The notes beneath the pieces are model-generated. The model saw nothing but the letters and a program-made list of their open reading frames with translations, did no database searches and was not told the origin of the DNA. Below are positions 49,769-59,896 of a stretch of 64,000 bases of DNA, one piece after another (within the stretch, counting starts at the first letter, position 1; every line of letters begins with the position of its first letter). The stretch is from Minisyncoccota bacterium (GTDB taxonomy: Bacteria > Patescibacteriota > Minisyncoccia > Phycocordibacterales > UBA9973): assembly GCA_039915165.1 (NCBI GenBank), contig JBDSNU010000018.1, positions 166,617 to 230,616 of the forward strand, given 5' to 3'. A program made the translations under genes and the position numbers.

Positions 49769-50692
49769 ATGTTTTGGATCAGACTAAAAAGAGTAATAAA
49801 AGCAGGATGGATTAATTTCCGTCGTAACAGCGTAGTGTCGTATGCTGCAATTTTGGTAACAACTATTACGCTTACTGTGGTTACTGCACTATTTTTATTC
49901 CAAGCAATTTTGAATGCATCTATTGCAAATATTCAAAGCAAAGTTGATATCGCTGTTTATTTCACTATCAATGCTCCTGAAGATCAGATTCTTAACCTAG
50001 AAGCCACATTACAAAACCTTCCTGAAGTTGCTTCAGTGAATTATGTTTCTGCTGATCAGCAAGTATTGGCATTCCGTGATCGTCACAACAATGACTATTT
50101 AACACTGCAGGCACTCGACGAGTTGGGAGATAATCCTTTTGGTGGATTGCTGCAAATCACAGCCAAGGATTCAAGTCAGTATGAGTCAATTGCTCAGGTA
50201 CTCGAAGGTACTACTGATATTGCAAAAGAAAATTCTCAGATCATTTCACGTATCAACTATTCTCAAAACAAGCAGGTGATTGATCGTTTGAACTCACTTA
50301 TTTTCAATGCACGTCGCGTAGGATTGATCCTTACACTAGTATTATCTCTTGTCTCGATCATTATCATGTTTACTACTATTCGCTTGGCTATCTATATGGC
50401 TCGTGAAGAAATCGGTATCATGAAACTTGTGGGTGCAAGTGGTGCATATGTACGCGCACCATTCCTTGTTCAAGGGTTACTCTACGGTGCATTTGCCTGG
50501 GTAGTAACGAACATTATTTTCTTCCCATTAACCTACCTAGCAAGCGTGAAGCTCAGCGGCCTAATCGGCATCGACCTTTATGCCTACTATGTCAGTCACT
50601 TCTTCTCAGTAAGTGGTCTAGTTCTCGTGATTGGATTGCTACTCGGATTGATTTCTAGTCTGCTCTCAGTAAGACGTTACCTGAATGTGTAA
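49769..50692 (+). CDS. ftsX: cell-division permease FtsX
   Basis: 4-TM FtsX topology after ftsE. Confidence 0.8.
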   Translation: MFWIRLKRVIKAGWINFRRNSVVSYAAILVTTITLTVVTALFLFQAILNASIANIQSKVDIAVYFTINAPEDQILNLEATLQNLPEVASVNYVSADQQVLAFRDRHNNDYLTLQALDELGDNPFGGLLQITAKDSSQYESIAQVLEGTTDIAKENSQIISRINYSQNKQVIDRLNSLIFNARRVGLILTLVLSLVSIIIMFTTIRLAIYMAREEIGIMKLVGASGAYVRAPFLVQGLLYGAFAWVVTNIIFFPLTYLASVKLSGLIGIDLYAYYVSHFFSVSGLVLVIGLLLGLISSLLSVRRYLNV

Positions 50693-50693
50693 T

Positions 50694-50723
50694 TAAAAAG
50701 ACCTCACTATGAGGTCTTTTTAA
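50694..50723 (+). terminator. rho-independent terminator
   Basis: gacctca-cta-tgaggtc + TTTTT. Confidence 0.75.
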
Positions 50724-50848
50724 TTACTGCAGTGTTGCTGAGGCTGCTGGATCACATTAGACCCAGACGACCTGACTGATTGAAGAATTCTGGAACTTCG
50801 CTGTTGACAGGATGTAGATAAAACGTAGTATGAAGAAAAAACATCAAT

Positions 50849-51244
50849 ATGGAAAATCTTTTAAAGGAATACGAGGAGTACTCCTCTTATTGCGAGAGCC
50901 TTATTATCAAGCCCTTCTCGTCGCTCGTGGAAGTGTATGAGCTACTTCACCAGAACGATTTTATGTACAGAGTCTCGTATGATGACAAGTTCCTTATATT
51001 TGTAAGGAAAAAACTTTTAAGGGTTCCCGATAAAGATCATAACTACATTGATTTCAAGGTATTCATTGCGGGGCAGGGAAATGCAAGACTAAAAGTCATT
51101 GCCGAGCAGGTGCTGCTGACCTATTTCGCGGAACATCTTACCTGGTCGGAACTCGAAAGAATAAGCAAGGGAGATGATGTGTACAACGTTATGGCCGCCT
51201 ATCTCATAAACTTGAAATGTAGTAGCGAGCAAACAGTCGCCTAG
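50849..51244 (+). CDS. hypothetical protein
   Basis: 131-aa ORF with own terminator. Confidence 0.35.
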   Translation: MENLLKEYEEYSSYCESLIIKPFSSLVEVYELLHQNDFMYRVSYDDKFLIFVRKKLLRVPDKDHNYIDFKVFIAGQGNARLKVIAEQVLLTYFAEHLTWSELERISKGDDVYNVMAAYLINLKCSSEQTVA

Positions 51245-51254
51245 ACTAAACTAC

Positions 51255-51286
51255 AGCCAGGCAAAATCATTGCCTGGCTTTTTTGC
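51255..51286 (+). terminator. rho-independent terminator
   Basis: agccaggcaa-aatcat-tgcctggct + TTTTTT. Confidence 0.75.
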
Positions 51287-51365
51287 TGACCACTTGGGAC
51301 GAAGTGGGTACCTTAATACGTTTAATATTGACAATAATCAATAATAAGGTAAAGTAAATAAAAAA

Positions 51366-51893
51366 TTGAAAATGAAAGTAATCAAACTTACACCGCAGAA
51401 CAACGCTTCAGTTGCTGGACTCATGAGAAAAATTTTTAGCAGGTATCAGGAAGACTTGGGAGCTGAAATGGGATACCATTGCGGCCCCCACCTTAGAAAA
51501 AACAATAGGCTGCCGCGCACTAACGACAACACTCGACAACAAGGTTTTTTTCCTGGAATTGCAGAAGCCAAAAAATCCGGTATTCGAATAACATCTGAAG
51601 CTTTAGATTATGAAGGGAAACTGAAATGCTGGCTGCATTTTGGAGACACCGTCATAATCAATGACAGAAAGATTTTCGTAATCTTGAAAAACATTGATAG
51701 TCCTGGTAGGATCTTTTATGCATTTGTTCCCGACTGGGAAGATCAGATGCGTCAACGCGAAATCATGAGAAATTTTGACTTCACAATGCGACCTGAAAAC
51801 AAAACAGAAATAATCGCTTTTCCTCCTAATGGTGACGGGGGCCACATTGTCCACGATCACGGCATGATAGAATGCCTGCCAGACATGATTTAA
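51366..51893 (+). CDS. hypothetical protein
   Basis: 175-aa ORF with own terminator. Confidence 0.35.
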   Translation: MKMKVIKLTPQNNASVAGLMRKIFSRYQEDLGAEMGYHCGPHLRKNNRLPRTNDNTRQQGFFPGIAEAKKSGIRITSEALDYEGKLKCWLHFGDTVIINDRKIFVILKNIDSPGRIFYAFVPDWEDQMRQREIMRNFDFTMRPENKTEIIAFPPNGDGGHIVHDHGMIECLPDMI

Positions 51894-51908
51894 TGAATAA
51901 TAAAAATC

Positions 51909-51940
51909 TTAAGACCGCTTACCAAGTGGTCTTTTTTATT
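51909..51940 (+). terminator. rho-independent terminator
   Basis: agaccgc-ttaccaa-gtggtct + TTTTTTATTT. Confidence 0.65.
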
Positions 51941-52039
51941 TGCTGTGGTACTCGAGCTAGAACCCTGGTCAGGCAAGCCCTGCAAGGTTGGTTTCAAATG
52001 GGTCTCGCATTCAAAACGACGCAACTCGAGCGCAGTTAT

Positions 52040-52648
52040 TTACGGTCTCGGTACACCAGTCACACTAAAGGCTTTGTCTGTTCCTATCTCAACATTCTTG
52101 ATACCTGGGAACTGCAGAAGAGTCTGTTTGATTATTGGTGTTACGGCATCTATTGAATATGAAACTCCAGCCCATCCATCTACATTAATATTGAGGACTA
52201 CATACGCAGTACTTCCAACAACCTTAAAGCCGATAGTCTTGATAACTGTCTGACTTTGGACTGTTGCTGCAGCCGCATCTGCACTTGCCTGCTCAATACC
52301 ATATGATGAAGTCGTAGTAACAGCTACTTGCTGTGTCTTAAAGTCAGCAGCTGTTAAAGATGTAGTATCAGGCTTAGTGCCAGCTTCACCGTTGTCTACC
52401 ATCTGATTATACGCAGTTTCGTTTTTTGGTATATAAATTGTTGTCTGAACTTGCTGTCCAGAAGTTTGTGACACAGGAGTTTTTACGGGTTGTGACGTTG
52501 TTGTAGTAGGAGTAGTGACAGGAACAGGGATTTGTTCAAACACCGTCTGTGGCTTCTTTATAAAAGCGAAATAAACCACCGTTACTGCTAGTATCACTAC
52601 TAAGATAATAAGAAGTGCGTTCGCAGAGCCTTTTTGGTTATTATTCAT
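52040..52648 (-). CDS. secreted/membrane-anchored hypothetical protein with Thr/Pro/Gln linker
   Basis: TM 'ALLIILVVILAVTVVYFAFI'; start at internal ATG (MNNNQKG). Confidence 0.4.
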   Translation of the reverse strand: MNNNQKGSANALLIILVVILAVTVVYFAFIKKPQTVFEQIPVPVTTPTTTTSQPVKTPVSQTSGQQVQTTIYIPKNETAYNQMVDNGEAGTKPDTTSLTAADFKTQQVAVTTTSSYGIEQASADAAAATVQSQTVIKTIGFKVVGSTAYVVLNINVDGWAGVSYSIDAVTPIIKQTLLQFPGIKNVEIGTDKAFSVTGVPRP

Positions 52649-52911
52649 ATGTTGAAATTGTATCACAGTGCGAGTAAAAACCACTGTAATGAAGCGTCTC
52701 GAGCACGCTCGAATTGGCTGACACTAACGAAATAAGTAAAAACAACGTCTCAAGCCACCCCTCGCCTCACTCCGAGCAATACGTCTTTGAAACAATGGAG
52801 TTTTGGGAGGAAATTGCGGATGAATTGGAGGAGCTACAGTTTAAAATATCGGGGCGATAAAAAAGCGCTCCTAGGAGATGCTTTTTGTCTTTATCTGGTA
52901 GGATAGTTCCC

Positions 52912-53292
52912 ATGCCCAACAAACCATATCCCAACAGATTAAAATTTTTTAGAATAAAACTAAAACTCACCCAACAACGAGTCGCGGACTATCTGGATCA
53001 TGCCAGTGCCAATCGCCTCTCAACATGGGAGAACGGAACCGCAACCCCTTCCATTCAGAACCTCATCAAACTGGCAAAGCTGTACAATACCTCTATCGAC
53101 AAGCTAGTGGCGCCATTGAAGCAAAAGATGAGAAAGGTCAAACAACGAGGTTCCGTATCGAATCCGATGCGGCAATCTGGTCCCAGGGAACCGGACACAG
53201 ACATTTTATTAAATGAGCTATCAGAACTCATTATAGAAGCTTATTTCGTGCAAAAAGAAGAAAATAAAAAACGCCCTAAGTCTTACACTTAA
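52912..53292 (+). CDS. XRE-family helix-turn-helix transcriptional regulator
   Basis: 'LKLTQQRVADYLDHASANRLSTWENGTATPSIQNLIKLAKLYNTSIDKL'. Confidence 0.7.
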   Translation: MPNKPYPNRLKFFRIKLKLTQQRVADYLDHASANRLSTWENGTATPSIQNLIKLAKLYNTSIDKLVAPLKQKMRKVKQRGSVSNPMRQSGPREPDTDILLNELSELIIEAYFVQKEENKKRPKSYT

Positions 53293-53305
53293 GGCGCATA
53301 GTAGA

Positions 53306-53950
53306 TTAATTTATCCGGATGTAATAATACACGGAAATGTTTTTAGGGCGGGTTTCTTTTCCATTATTTTCCTTAATGGTAATAGTTGGATTTATAGGTG
53401 CAGTCTGGTCACCACTATCGCCGCTTCCTGCACCTTTAGTTCTAATTACTACCGAGGTGTTTATAGTTGCTAAGTGTGTATGTGCTCCAACCATGTCTTT
53501 TTGAACCGAAAATTTTGTTGACGGCTCATCAGGATTTTGACTGCTTTCGGTAACACCGCTCGTCTTCTCATCCATAGCAAATTTGTTTAGGCCTCTTAGG
53601 AATAGTCCTCTTAAATCAGGAAGCTTGGAACCAAGATTACCAGACCAGTAAATTTGATACTTAGAGCCAACTACATTTCTTCCATCACACGGTGCCCACT
53701 TACTTTTAATAGGTGAAAAAATTCTTAATGTTCCAAAATTTTTCGTTTTTGCACTGAATGTTTCAAAGTCTACAACCGAAGCGATAACAGTACCTATTGG
53801 AGTAGTGCTAAAACCTTCTTGATCGTCAAATTCTGAGTTTGCAGATGCCGACAAGAGGTCGCTACTGTTTATGGTTACTTGTACTTCAGCTCCGGGTTTT
53901 CTGATTGCACTGAATCGCATTTCATCTGGGAGGATCGCGCCAACTTTCAA
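53306..53950 (-). CDS. phage tail-collar domain protein (MdpB-like)
   Basis: 'WAPCDGRNV...YQIYWSGNLGSKLPDLRGLFLRG' matches Phage_Collar consensus. Confidence 0.6.
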   Translation of the reverse strand: MKVGAILPDEMRFSAIRKPGAEVQVTINSSDLLSASANSEFDDQEGFSTTPIGTVIASVVDFETFSAKTKNFGTLRIFSPIKSKWAPCDGRNVVGSKYQIYWSGNLGSKLPDLRGLFLRGLNKFAMDEKTSGVTESSQNPDEPSTKFSVQKDMVGAHTHLATINTSVVIRTKGAGSGDSGDQTAPINPTITIKENNGKETRPKNISVYYYIRIN

Positions 53951-54292
53951 CCGTCCGTTAAGAAGGGCTTCAGTCTGTTTATCATCAATACCAATTAAAT
54001 CAACTGAAGTGATATGAGGGTTTTGACTATTCCCAAGATGCTTGTATTTAATGGTAACGGTAGTCGTTCCTCTTTGATTGTTTTAGCCATAGATACAGTC
54101 ATATTCGGATGATATCCGAAAACCGCCATAAGTGTGTGCACATTACCCTCATAATCAATGACTAATATTTTTAAGTAGATTTTTAAAAATGTAAGACTTC
54201 CTAGAAGTGGGAAGTTCTTGATGCGAATTTTATACATATAGCATAAGGTTATCCACCTCAAGAGTGGATGAAAACACGCATTTACTTTACTG

Positions 54293-54363
54293 CTGTGGAA
54301 CCTGGACTCGAACCAAGATAAACGGTACCAGAAACCGTTGTCCTACCATTAGACGATTCCACA
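54293..54363 (-). tRNA. tRNA-Gln (CTG)
   Basis: acceptor TGTGGAA/TTCCACA, anticodon stem ACGGT/ACCGT loop TTCTGGT, T-arm CTTGG-TTCGAGT-CCAGG. Confidence 0.7.
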
Positions 54364-54457
54364 ATATGACCTATTAAGGCTCAAGTAGAATAGCGTTTTT
54401 TGAGCAAAAAATCAACCGAGGGTGGCGATTTAAAATAGACAGGTTTTGAGAGAAAAC

Positions 54458-54466
54458 TGATATAAT
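54458..54466 (+). promoter_or_regulatory. candidate extended -10 (TGaTATAAT) giving a near-leaderless transcript
   Basis: -10 ends 6 nt before ATG of 54473 gene. Confidence 0.3.
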
Positions 54467-54472
54467 CACTTT

Positions 54473-55240
54473 ATGTATAAACAACTCAACGCCAATCATT
54501 TTCGCACTCGTTTCGGATTTCCAGAAAATTATGAAGTCGAAGCAGTAATAATATATGGGGCATTGGGAGGGCAAGTGTATGCCGATAAATTTATCCTTTC
54601 GCTAGATGCCCTTGGTATCAAGGGTGAGTTGGTAAGAACAGGACTGTTGGGAAATGTTTTTGAGTTCAAATACAATGACAAGAACTACTGGTTTATTGTC
54701 GCATACGGAACAACAGTCTTATCTGAAAACCTTCATGTCGCCTCAATGCTTGGCTCGAAAAAGAACATTCATATCGGAAGTTGTGGTGGTTTGAACAAAG
54801 AGGCAAATGCTGGCGACCTTATCATTGCTACGTTTAGTTATGGCAACGAAAGTACTACAAGAATGTACGAGAGAGAAAATCCGGATCACAGACATTTTCC
54901 AAATGATGCATTAGGTGAAAGCTTAAAAAATAGAGCAGGCAGCTCTTTTGTAATACGCAAAGGCCCAATCATGACTGTTCAAGCAATGCTCGCAGAGACT
55001 GCTGAAGACGTTCAAGATTGGGCAGATGAAGGATACTACGGCGTCGAGATGGAAACTGCAACCATTTTTGCGATATCAAATCATTTCAATATTCCTTCAG
55101 CAGGATTAGTATACGTTCATGACAACCTGATCAAGGGTCAAATAGTTGGAGATGAACAACATGTTAAAGAAAAAGATTTAAGAGAAAAAGTAAAAGACGA
55201 AATGTTTCGGATTACTATTTCAGAATTGCTGAGTCTATAA
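54473..55240 (+). CDS. PNP/UDP-family nucleoside phosphorylase/nucleosidase
   Basis: 'IGSCGGL' and 'VEMETATIFAIS' family motifs. Confidence 0.6.
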   Translation: MYKQLNANHFRTRFGFPENYEVEAVIIYGALGGQVYADKFILSLDALGIKGELVRTGLLGNVFEFKYNDKNYWFIVAYGTTVLSENLHVASMLGSKKNIHIGSCGGLNKEANAGDLIIATFSYGNESTTRMYERENPDHRHFPNDALGESLKNRAGSSFVIRKGPIMTVQAMLAETAEDVQDWADEGYYGVEMETATIFAISNHFNIPSAGLVYVHDNLIKGQIVGDEQHVKEKDLREKVKDEMFRITISELLSL

Positions 55241-55335
55241 ATCAGCACCTCCAGTTCTAATATGATCCAGCAGCCCAGCAAAATTTAGCTTTTTACATGC
55301 GAAGCGATCAAAATTAGAACTGGTATAATAAAATC

Positions 55336-56127
55336 ATGAATGACCTACTAAAGAATACTTTTAATGAACAGGCTGAGTTATATAATGAAGTTCGTCCACG
55401 ATACCCCGAAGAGCTATTTGATACCTTAGTAAAAACAACCGCGCTTTCAAAAGATGCACAGTTGCTTGAGATCGGTGCAGGGACAGGTCAGGCCACTAAA
55501 CCATTGGCACAAAAAGGTTACAACATTACTGCTGTGGAGCTTGGTGATGAAATGGCAACGATTGCGAGAAGGGAATTGGCAGAATTTAATAGTGTAAAAG
55601 TTATTACTAGTTCTTTTGAGGAGGTCGCGTTGCCAGAAAATTCTTTTGATTTAATTTTTTGTGCCACAGCCTTTCATTGGATTAATCCAGAAGTGAAATT
55701 TACCAAGACTCACGCCTTGCTTAAGGATGAAGGATATCTAGCGATTATCTACACTCTCTATGTTTCAGATGAGAGCCATGATGTATTTTTCAAAGAAGCT
55801 CACAATATTTTTGAAAAGCATGACAAAAATAAAACGGTTGTTAATGGAAAGTCGCCGATACTACCCTCAGATGAGGTGAAGGAAATACCTCTCGACACTG
55901 AGCTCTTTGAACCAGTTCTTTTTAAGACATTTCCTGAAGTATTGCAGTACACCATAGACGATTACATTAAACTCATTTGCACCTTTTCTTTTATCATTGC
56001 AATGGATCCAATTGACAAAGAGAATTTTTTAAAGGAAACACGAGACTTGGCCAATAAAGAATATGATGGGATGGTAACAATCAATCTTGTCATGTCTTTA
56101 ACTTTGGGTAGGAAGATTGCAAAATAA
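55336..56127 (+). CDS. class I SAM-dependent methyltransferase
   Basis: motif I 'LLEIGAGTGQATKPLA'. Confidence 0.75.
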   Translation: MNDLLKNTFNEQAELYNEVRPRYPEELFDTLVKTTALSKDAQLLEIGAGTGQATKPLAQKGYNITAVELGDEMATIARRELAEFNSVKVITSSFEEVALPENSFDLIFCATAFHWINPEVKFTKTHALLKDEGYLAIIYTLYVSDESHDVFFKEAHNIFEKHDKNKTVVNGKSPILPSDEVKEIPLDTELFEPVLFKTFPEVLQYTIDDYIKLICTFSFIIAMDPIDKENFLKETRDLANKEYDGMVTINLVMSLTLGRKIAK

Positions 56128-56163
56128 AAAAGAGTGCCAGCTTTCGCTAGACACTCCTCATGG

Positions 56164-56769
56164 TTATGCTTTTTGATAAAGTGCATATAACTTTTTTGCA
56201 ATTTCCGCAGTGTTTTCCCACGGAGCCTTTTCATCGGCATAGATTAATTCCTCTTCTGTTTCTGCAGCATCGATCTCTCTTAAGGAAAGAACGATCCACT
56301 TCTCCTGAATCAGTGTCTGTACAGAAGGGAATTCTTCGGCGGTATCATATAGGTTTTCCATATTTTCCACGTCATTTTCTAATTCCACCCAGCGCATCAA
56401 TGCCACATATTGTTCCTCAGAACTGTCAGCGTTATTGAATGCATCCTCAGCCTCATCAGTGTCTTCAGCGGTACATTTTTCCAGGATTGGAATACCTAAC
56501 ATCAGTTTAACTTCTGCTGTATTGGTATTTAATGTATCCGCTACCTGTTCAATGGGGTCTGTTATTTCAGCTTCCATGTCACGTTTTGCAATTACTATTG
56601 GTCCCTTCGATGTATCGGGAGATTTGTAAGTAAGAGGGAAGGCCGACTCTGCTTTTTGGGCAGAATTTCTTTTTACAATGACTACGATAATGATTATTAC
56701 AATGACAATAATTACTGCGATTGCAATCCAAACGGTAGGAGATATTCCTAAATTTTTAACAAAGTTCAT
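56164..56769 (-). CDS. hypothetical single-TM acidic protein
   Basis: TM 'VWIAIAVIIVIVIIIIVVIV' then Asp/Glu-rich domain. Confidence 0.4.
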   Translation of the reverse strand: MNFVKNLGISPTVWIAIAVIIVIVIIIIVVIVKRNSAQKAESAFPLTYKSPDTSKGPIVIAKRDMEAEITDPIEQVADTLNTNTAEVKLMLGIPILEKCTAEDTDEAEDAFNNADSSEEQYVALMRWVELENDVENMENLYDTAEEFPSVQTLIQEKWIVLSLREIDAAETEEELIYADEKAPWENTAEIAKKLYALYQKA

Positions 56770-56872
56770 ATTTATGGGTTTTAAGTTTGTTTACATTATA
56801 CACTTTTATTAAGAAAAGTCAATAGATATAGAATATACTTGACCCTTCCTCAAAAATAACTACTATTTATAT

Positions 56873-58114
56873 ATGCATAAAAAATCTTCAACCATCTGGA
56901 TCGTATTCTTCACTATTCTTGTAGACATGTTGGGTGTCGGAATTTTGATCCCAGTTATTCCACTACTGCTCACAGATCCTGCCTATGCATACCACTTACC
57001 AATTGCTGTACGCAGTGGGTATATCGTTCTCGGTTTCCTGACAGCGATTTTCCCATTGATGCAGTTCATCGCTACGCCTATTCTCGGACAGCTTTCTGAT
57101 CATGTCGGTCGCAAGAAAGTATTGGCATTTTCATTGGGAGGCACCGCGCTTTCGTATGTGGTATTTGCTATCGGTATTATTTTTAAAAACATTCCATTGC
57201 TCTTTGCATCTCGCGCACTTGATGGTATCACCGGAGGGAACATTGCTGTAGCGCAAGCTGCTATCGCCGATGAGTCAGAACCACAAGATCGTGCCAGAAA
57301 CTTTGGATTGATCGGCGCTGCCTTCGGTATCGGCTTTATCATTGGACCATTTCTTGGTGGCGAACTTTCAAATCCACACCTGGTGTCATGGTTCAATGCG
57401 ACGACACCGTTTTGGTTTGCAGCCGGGCTTAGTTTCTTGAATATGCTTTCTGTTATTTTCTTCTTCAACGAAACACTGAAAGAAAAGACCAAGGCAAAAA
57501 TTCGCGCATTGCAGTCATTGATAAATATTCAGGCGGCACTGGTATCAGAAAAGTTCCGACGATTTTTCATTACTTCGTTTCTTTACACTGCCGGATTTAC
57601 CTTCTTCACAACATTCTTTGGAGTATTCCTGATTCAACGTTTTGGGTATGATCAAGGAGATATCGGGCTGTACTTCGCTTTTGTTGGTATTTGTATTGCA
57701 TTGACTCAAGGAATACTGACAGGATTTATCGGCAAGCATTTTTCTTCATTAAAAATTATTCCTGTTGCATTATTTATTTTCTCATTAACATTGTTGGCAC
57801 TTGGTCTCAATACTATTCCATGGTTGATGTATGTGATCACTATCCCGCAATGTATTAGTATTGGATTGGTGATGGCTAACCTTACAGCGGTAGTAAGCAA
57901 TCAGTCTGCTGACAATGAACAAGGGAAGATATTAGGAATAACTGCTAGTGTACAAGCGTTGGGACAAGCAATCCCTCCAATCATTTCAGGATATTTAGCA
58001 GCAACTCTCAGTGCTCGTGCCCCTGTACTAACTGCTGCTGCATTGGTATTGATATCAGCATTCATGTTTTTGTTCCTAGTGGTTCCTGCATTTAATAAAA
58101 AGGAGGCGAAGTAA
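56873..58114 (+). CDS. MFS transporter (DHA-type)
   Basis: 12 TM; 'LGQLSDHVGRKKVL' MFS motif A. Confidence 0.8.
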   Translation: MHKKSSTIWIVFFTILVDMLGVGILIPVIPLLLTDPAYAYHLPIAVRSGYIVLGFLTAIFPLMQFIATPILGQLSDHVGRKKVLAFSLGGTALSYVVFAIGIIFKNIPLLFASRALDGITGGNIAVAQAAIADESEPQDRARNFGLIGAAFGIGFIIGPFLGGELSNPHLVSWFNATTPFWFAAGLSFLNMLSVIFFFNETLKEKTKAKIRALQSLINIQAALVSEKFRRFFITSFLYTAGFTFFTTFFGVFLIQRFGYDQGDIGLYFAFVGICIALTQGILTGFIGKHFSSLKIIPVALFIFSLTLLALGLNTIPWLMYVITIPQCISIGLVMANLTAVVSNQSADNEQGKILGITASVQALGQAIPPIISGYLAATLSARAPVLTAAALVLISAFMFLFLVVPAFNKKEAK

Positions 58115-58156
58115 ATTGTGTTATTTTATCTCATTTATATATGGTAAAATACCCCT

Positions 58157-58909
58157 ATGAAATTGATCACACTAAATACATGGGCGGGGAGACAAAAGGA
58201 AGAATTTGATGCTTTTGTTAAGGCTCATATGGCAGAAACAGATATTTTTTGTTTCCAGGAAATTTTTAATAACTATGATGGGATGACTGGCGACTATATC
58301 AACCACGATGAAGGTAACCGCAACCTGCTCCAAGAGGTAACAGATATACTTGTTGATTTCGATCAGTACTTTTGTCCAATCGCAGAAAATGTTTATGGTA
58401 TTGCCATCTTTTTGAAAAAAGGGATTAACCTGATTGCTAGTGGAGAAGTCATGCTGTATGAAAATCCTGACTACGATAAGCATGATGATAACAATGACCA
58501 CGACCGTAAGATGCAGTGGATGCATATTCAGTCCGGTCGCAAAGATGTCATTATCATGAACGTACATGGGCACTGGGATATGCGCGGCAGAGATGATACG
58601 CCCAATCGTTTGGAGCAATCACGTCGCATCAATGAATTTATTGATTCAGTTGGGATGACACCGAAGATCATGGTGGGGGATTTCAATCTTAATGCACAAA
58701 CAGAAAGTATTAAGTTGTTAGAAAAAAACTTTACAAACTTGATCACCAAGCATGGCATCACTTCTACTCGTACTGTGCTCTATACTGGAGATGATCAGCA
58801 CTCTGACTATGTATTCGTTTCGCCTGAAGTACTTGTTGAAGAGTTCAAAGTGATGCCAGATGTTGTTTCTGATCACGCGCCACTTTCCTTACAATTCGAC
58901 GTTTTCTAA
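58157..58909 (+). CDS. endonuclease/exonuclease/phosphatase (EEP) family protein
   Basis: 'ITLNTW', 'FCFQEI', 'GDFNL', 'SDHAPL' EEP motifs. Confidence 0.7.
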   Translation: MKLITLNTWAGRQKEEFDAFVKAHMAETDIFCFQEIFNNYDGMTGDYINHDEGNRNLLQEVTDILVDFDQYFCPIAENVYGIAIFLKKGINLIASGEVMLYENPDYDKHDDNNDHDRKMQWMHIQSGRKDVIIMNVHGHWDMRGRDDTPNRLEQSRRINEFIDSVGMTPKIMVGDFNLNAQTESIKLLEKNFTNLITKHGITSTRTVLYTGDDQHSDYVFVSPEVLVEEFKVMPDVVSDHAPLSLQFDVF

Positions 58910-58916
58910 ATTTTTT

Positions 58917-59168
58917 ATGTACTACGCCTATATTCTTAAGTGTAATGACGATACATTATATGTCGGTAGCACCAATGATTTGGAGCGCAGAGTGCACCAA
59001 CACAATACTGCCAAAAATGGAGCGCACTATACGAAAATTCGTCGTCCAGTTGTACTGATGTATAACGAAACGTTTGAAACATATGCTGAAGTACGTAAGC
59101 GTGAGGGAGAGTTGAAGAGATTGAAACGACAAGACAAGATCGCATTAGTAAATAAAGGTATACTATAG
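58917..59168 (+). CDS. small GIY-YIG nuclease-domain protein (second copy)
   Basis: 'YYAYILKCNDDTLYVGSTNDLERRVHQHN'. Confidence 0.7.
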   Translation: MYYAYILKCNDDTLYVGSTNDLERRVHQHNTAKNGAHYTKIRRPVVLMYNETFETYAEVRKREGELKRLKRQDKIALVNKGIL

Positions 59169-59170
59169 CT

Positions 59171-59881
59171 ATGCATATTTCACCGGCACTTGTTGTCATT
59201 GTCGTTATTGTCGGATATCTTATCTATTTATTTTTTCCAATTTACCACTCTGTACAAATTTCTAAAAAATTAATTGCAGCAGCAATCCCGTATGAGCAAC
59301 ACCCAACTCATCCCAATAAAACTATTTTGATTGCAGGGGATAGTACTGCTGTTGGTGTTGGTGCGATTGATAACACTGACAGTACAGCGGGAAGATTGGG
59401 TAAGCAATTTCCCAACGCTGATATTATAAATATTGCAGTCAGTGGTGCTCGCTTACAAGATGCGATAGTGCAATTACAATCACAACAAGGTAAGCGCTAC
59501 GACCTGATCTTGTTGCAGGTTGGTGCCAACGATGTAACTCATCTTATTTCTCGCACAACAGCTACGAATGAAATACAAAAAACGTTTGAGTTAGCAACAG
59601 CAATAAGTGCAAAAACTATCGTCCTAACTGCAGGTGATATGGGGATTTCTAATTTATTTCACTGGCCAATCACGATTGCATTGCATAATGGTTCTCTGAT
59701 GTTGAGAGAGGTGTTTATGACAACGGTCACGCAGTTTCCAACAGTTTCATATATTGATTTATTTAAAAGTAAGAAAGATGATCCATTTCAGCATAAGCCA
59801 GAGTTTTATGCGCCCGACAATTTCCACCTTACTGGAGCGGGGTACGGTATCTGGTATGGTGAAATACAAAAGCATCTTTAG
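59171..59881 (+). CDS. SGNH/GDSL hydrolase
   Basis: block I 'LIAGDSTAVGVGA', block V 'DNFHLT'. Confidence 0.7.
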   Translation: MHISPALVVIVVIVGYLIYLFFPIYHSVQISKKLIAAAIPYEQHPTHPNKTILIAGDSTAVGVGAIDNTDSTAGRLGKQFPNADIINIAVSGARLQDAIVQLQSQQGKRYDLILLQVGANDVTHLISRTTATNEIQKTFELATAISAKTIVLTAGDMGISNLFHWPITIALHNGSLMLREVFMTTVTQFPTVSYIDLFKSKKDDPFQHKPEFYAPDNFHLTGAGYGIWYGEIQKHL

Positions 59882-59896
59882 TTGTATACTATACAT

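Noticed and set aside
53995-54261. 88-aa minus-strand ORF upstream of the tail-collar gene
   Set aside because: Out of frame with the collar gene. No motif. It sits in hairpin-rich non-coding-looking sequence, so it is kept only as a note in a finding.
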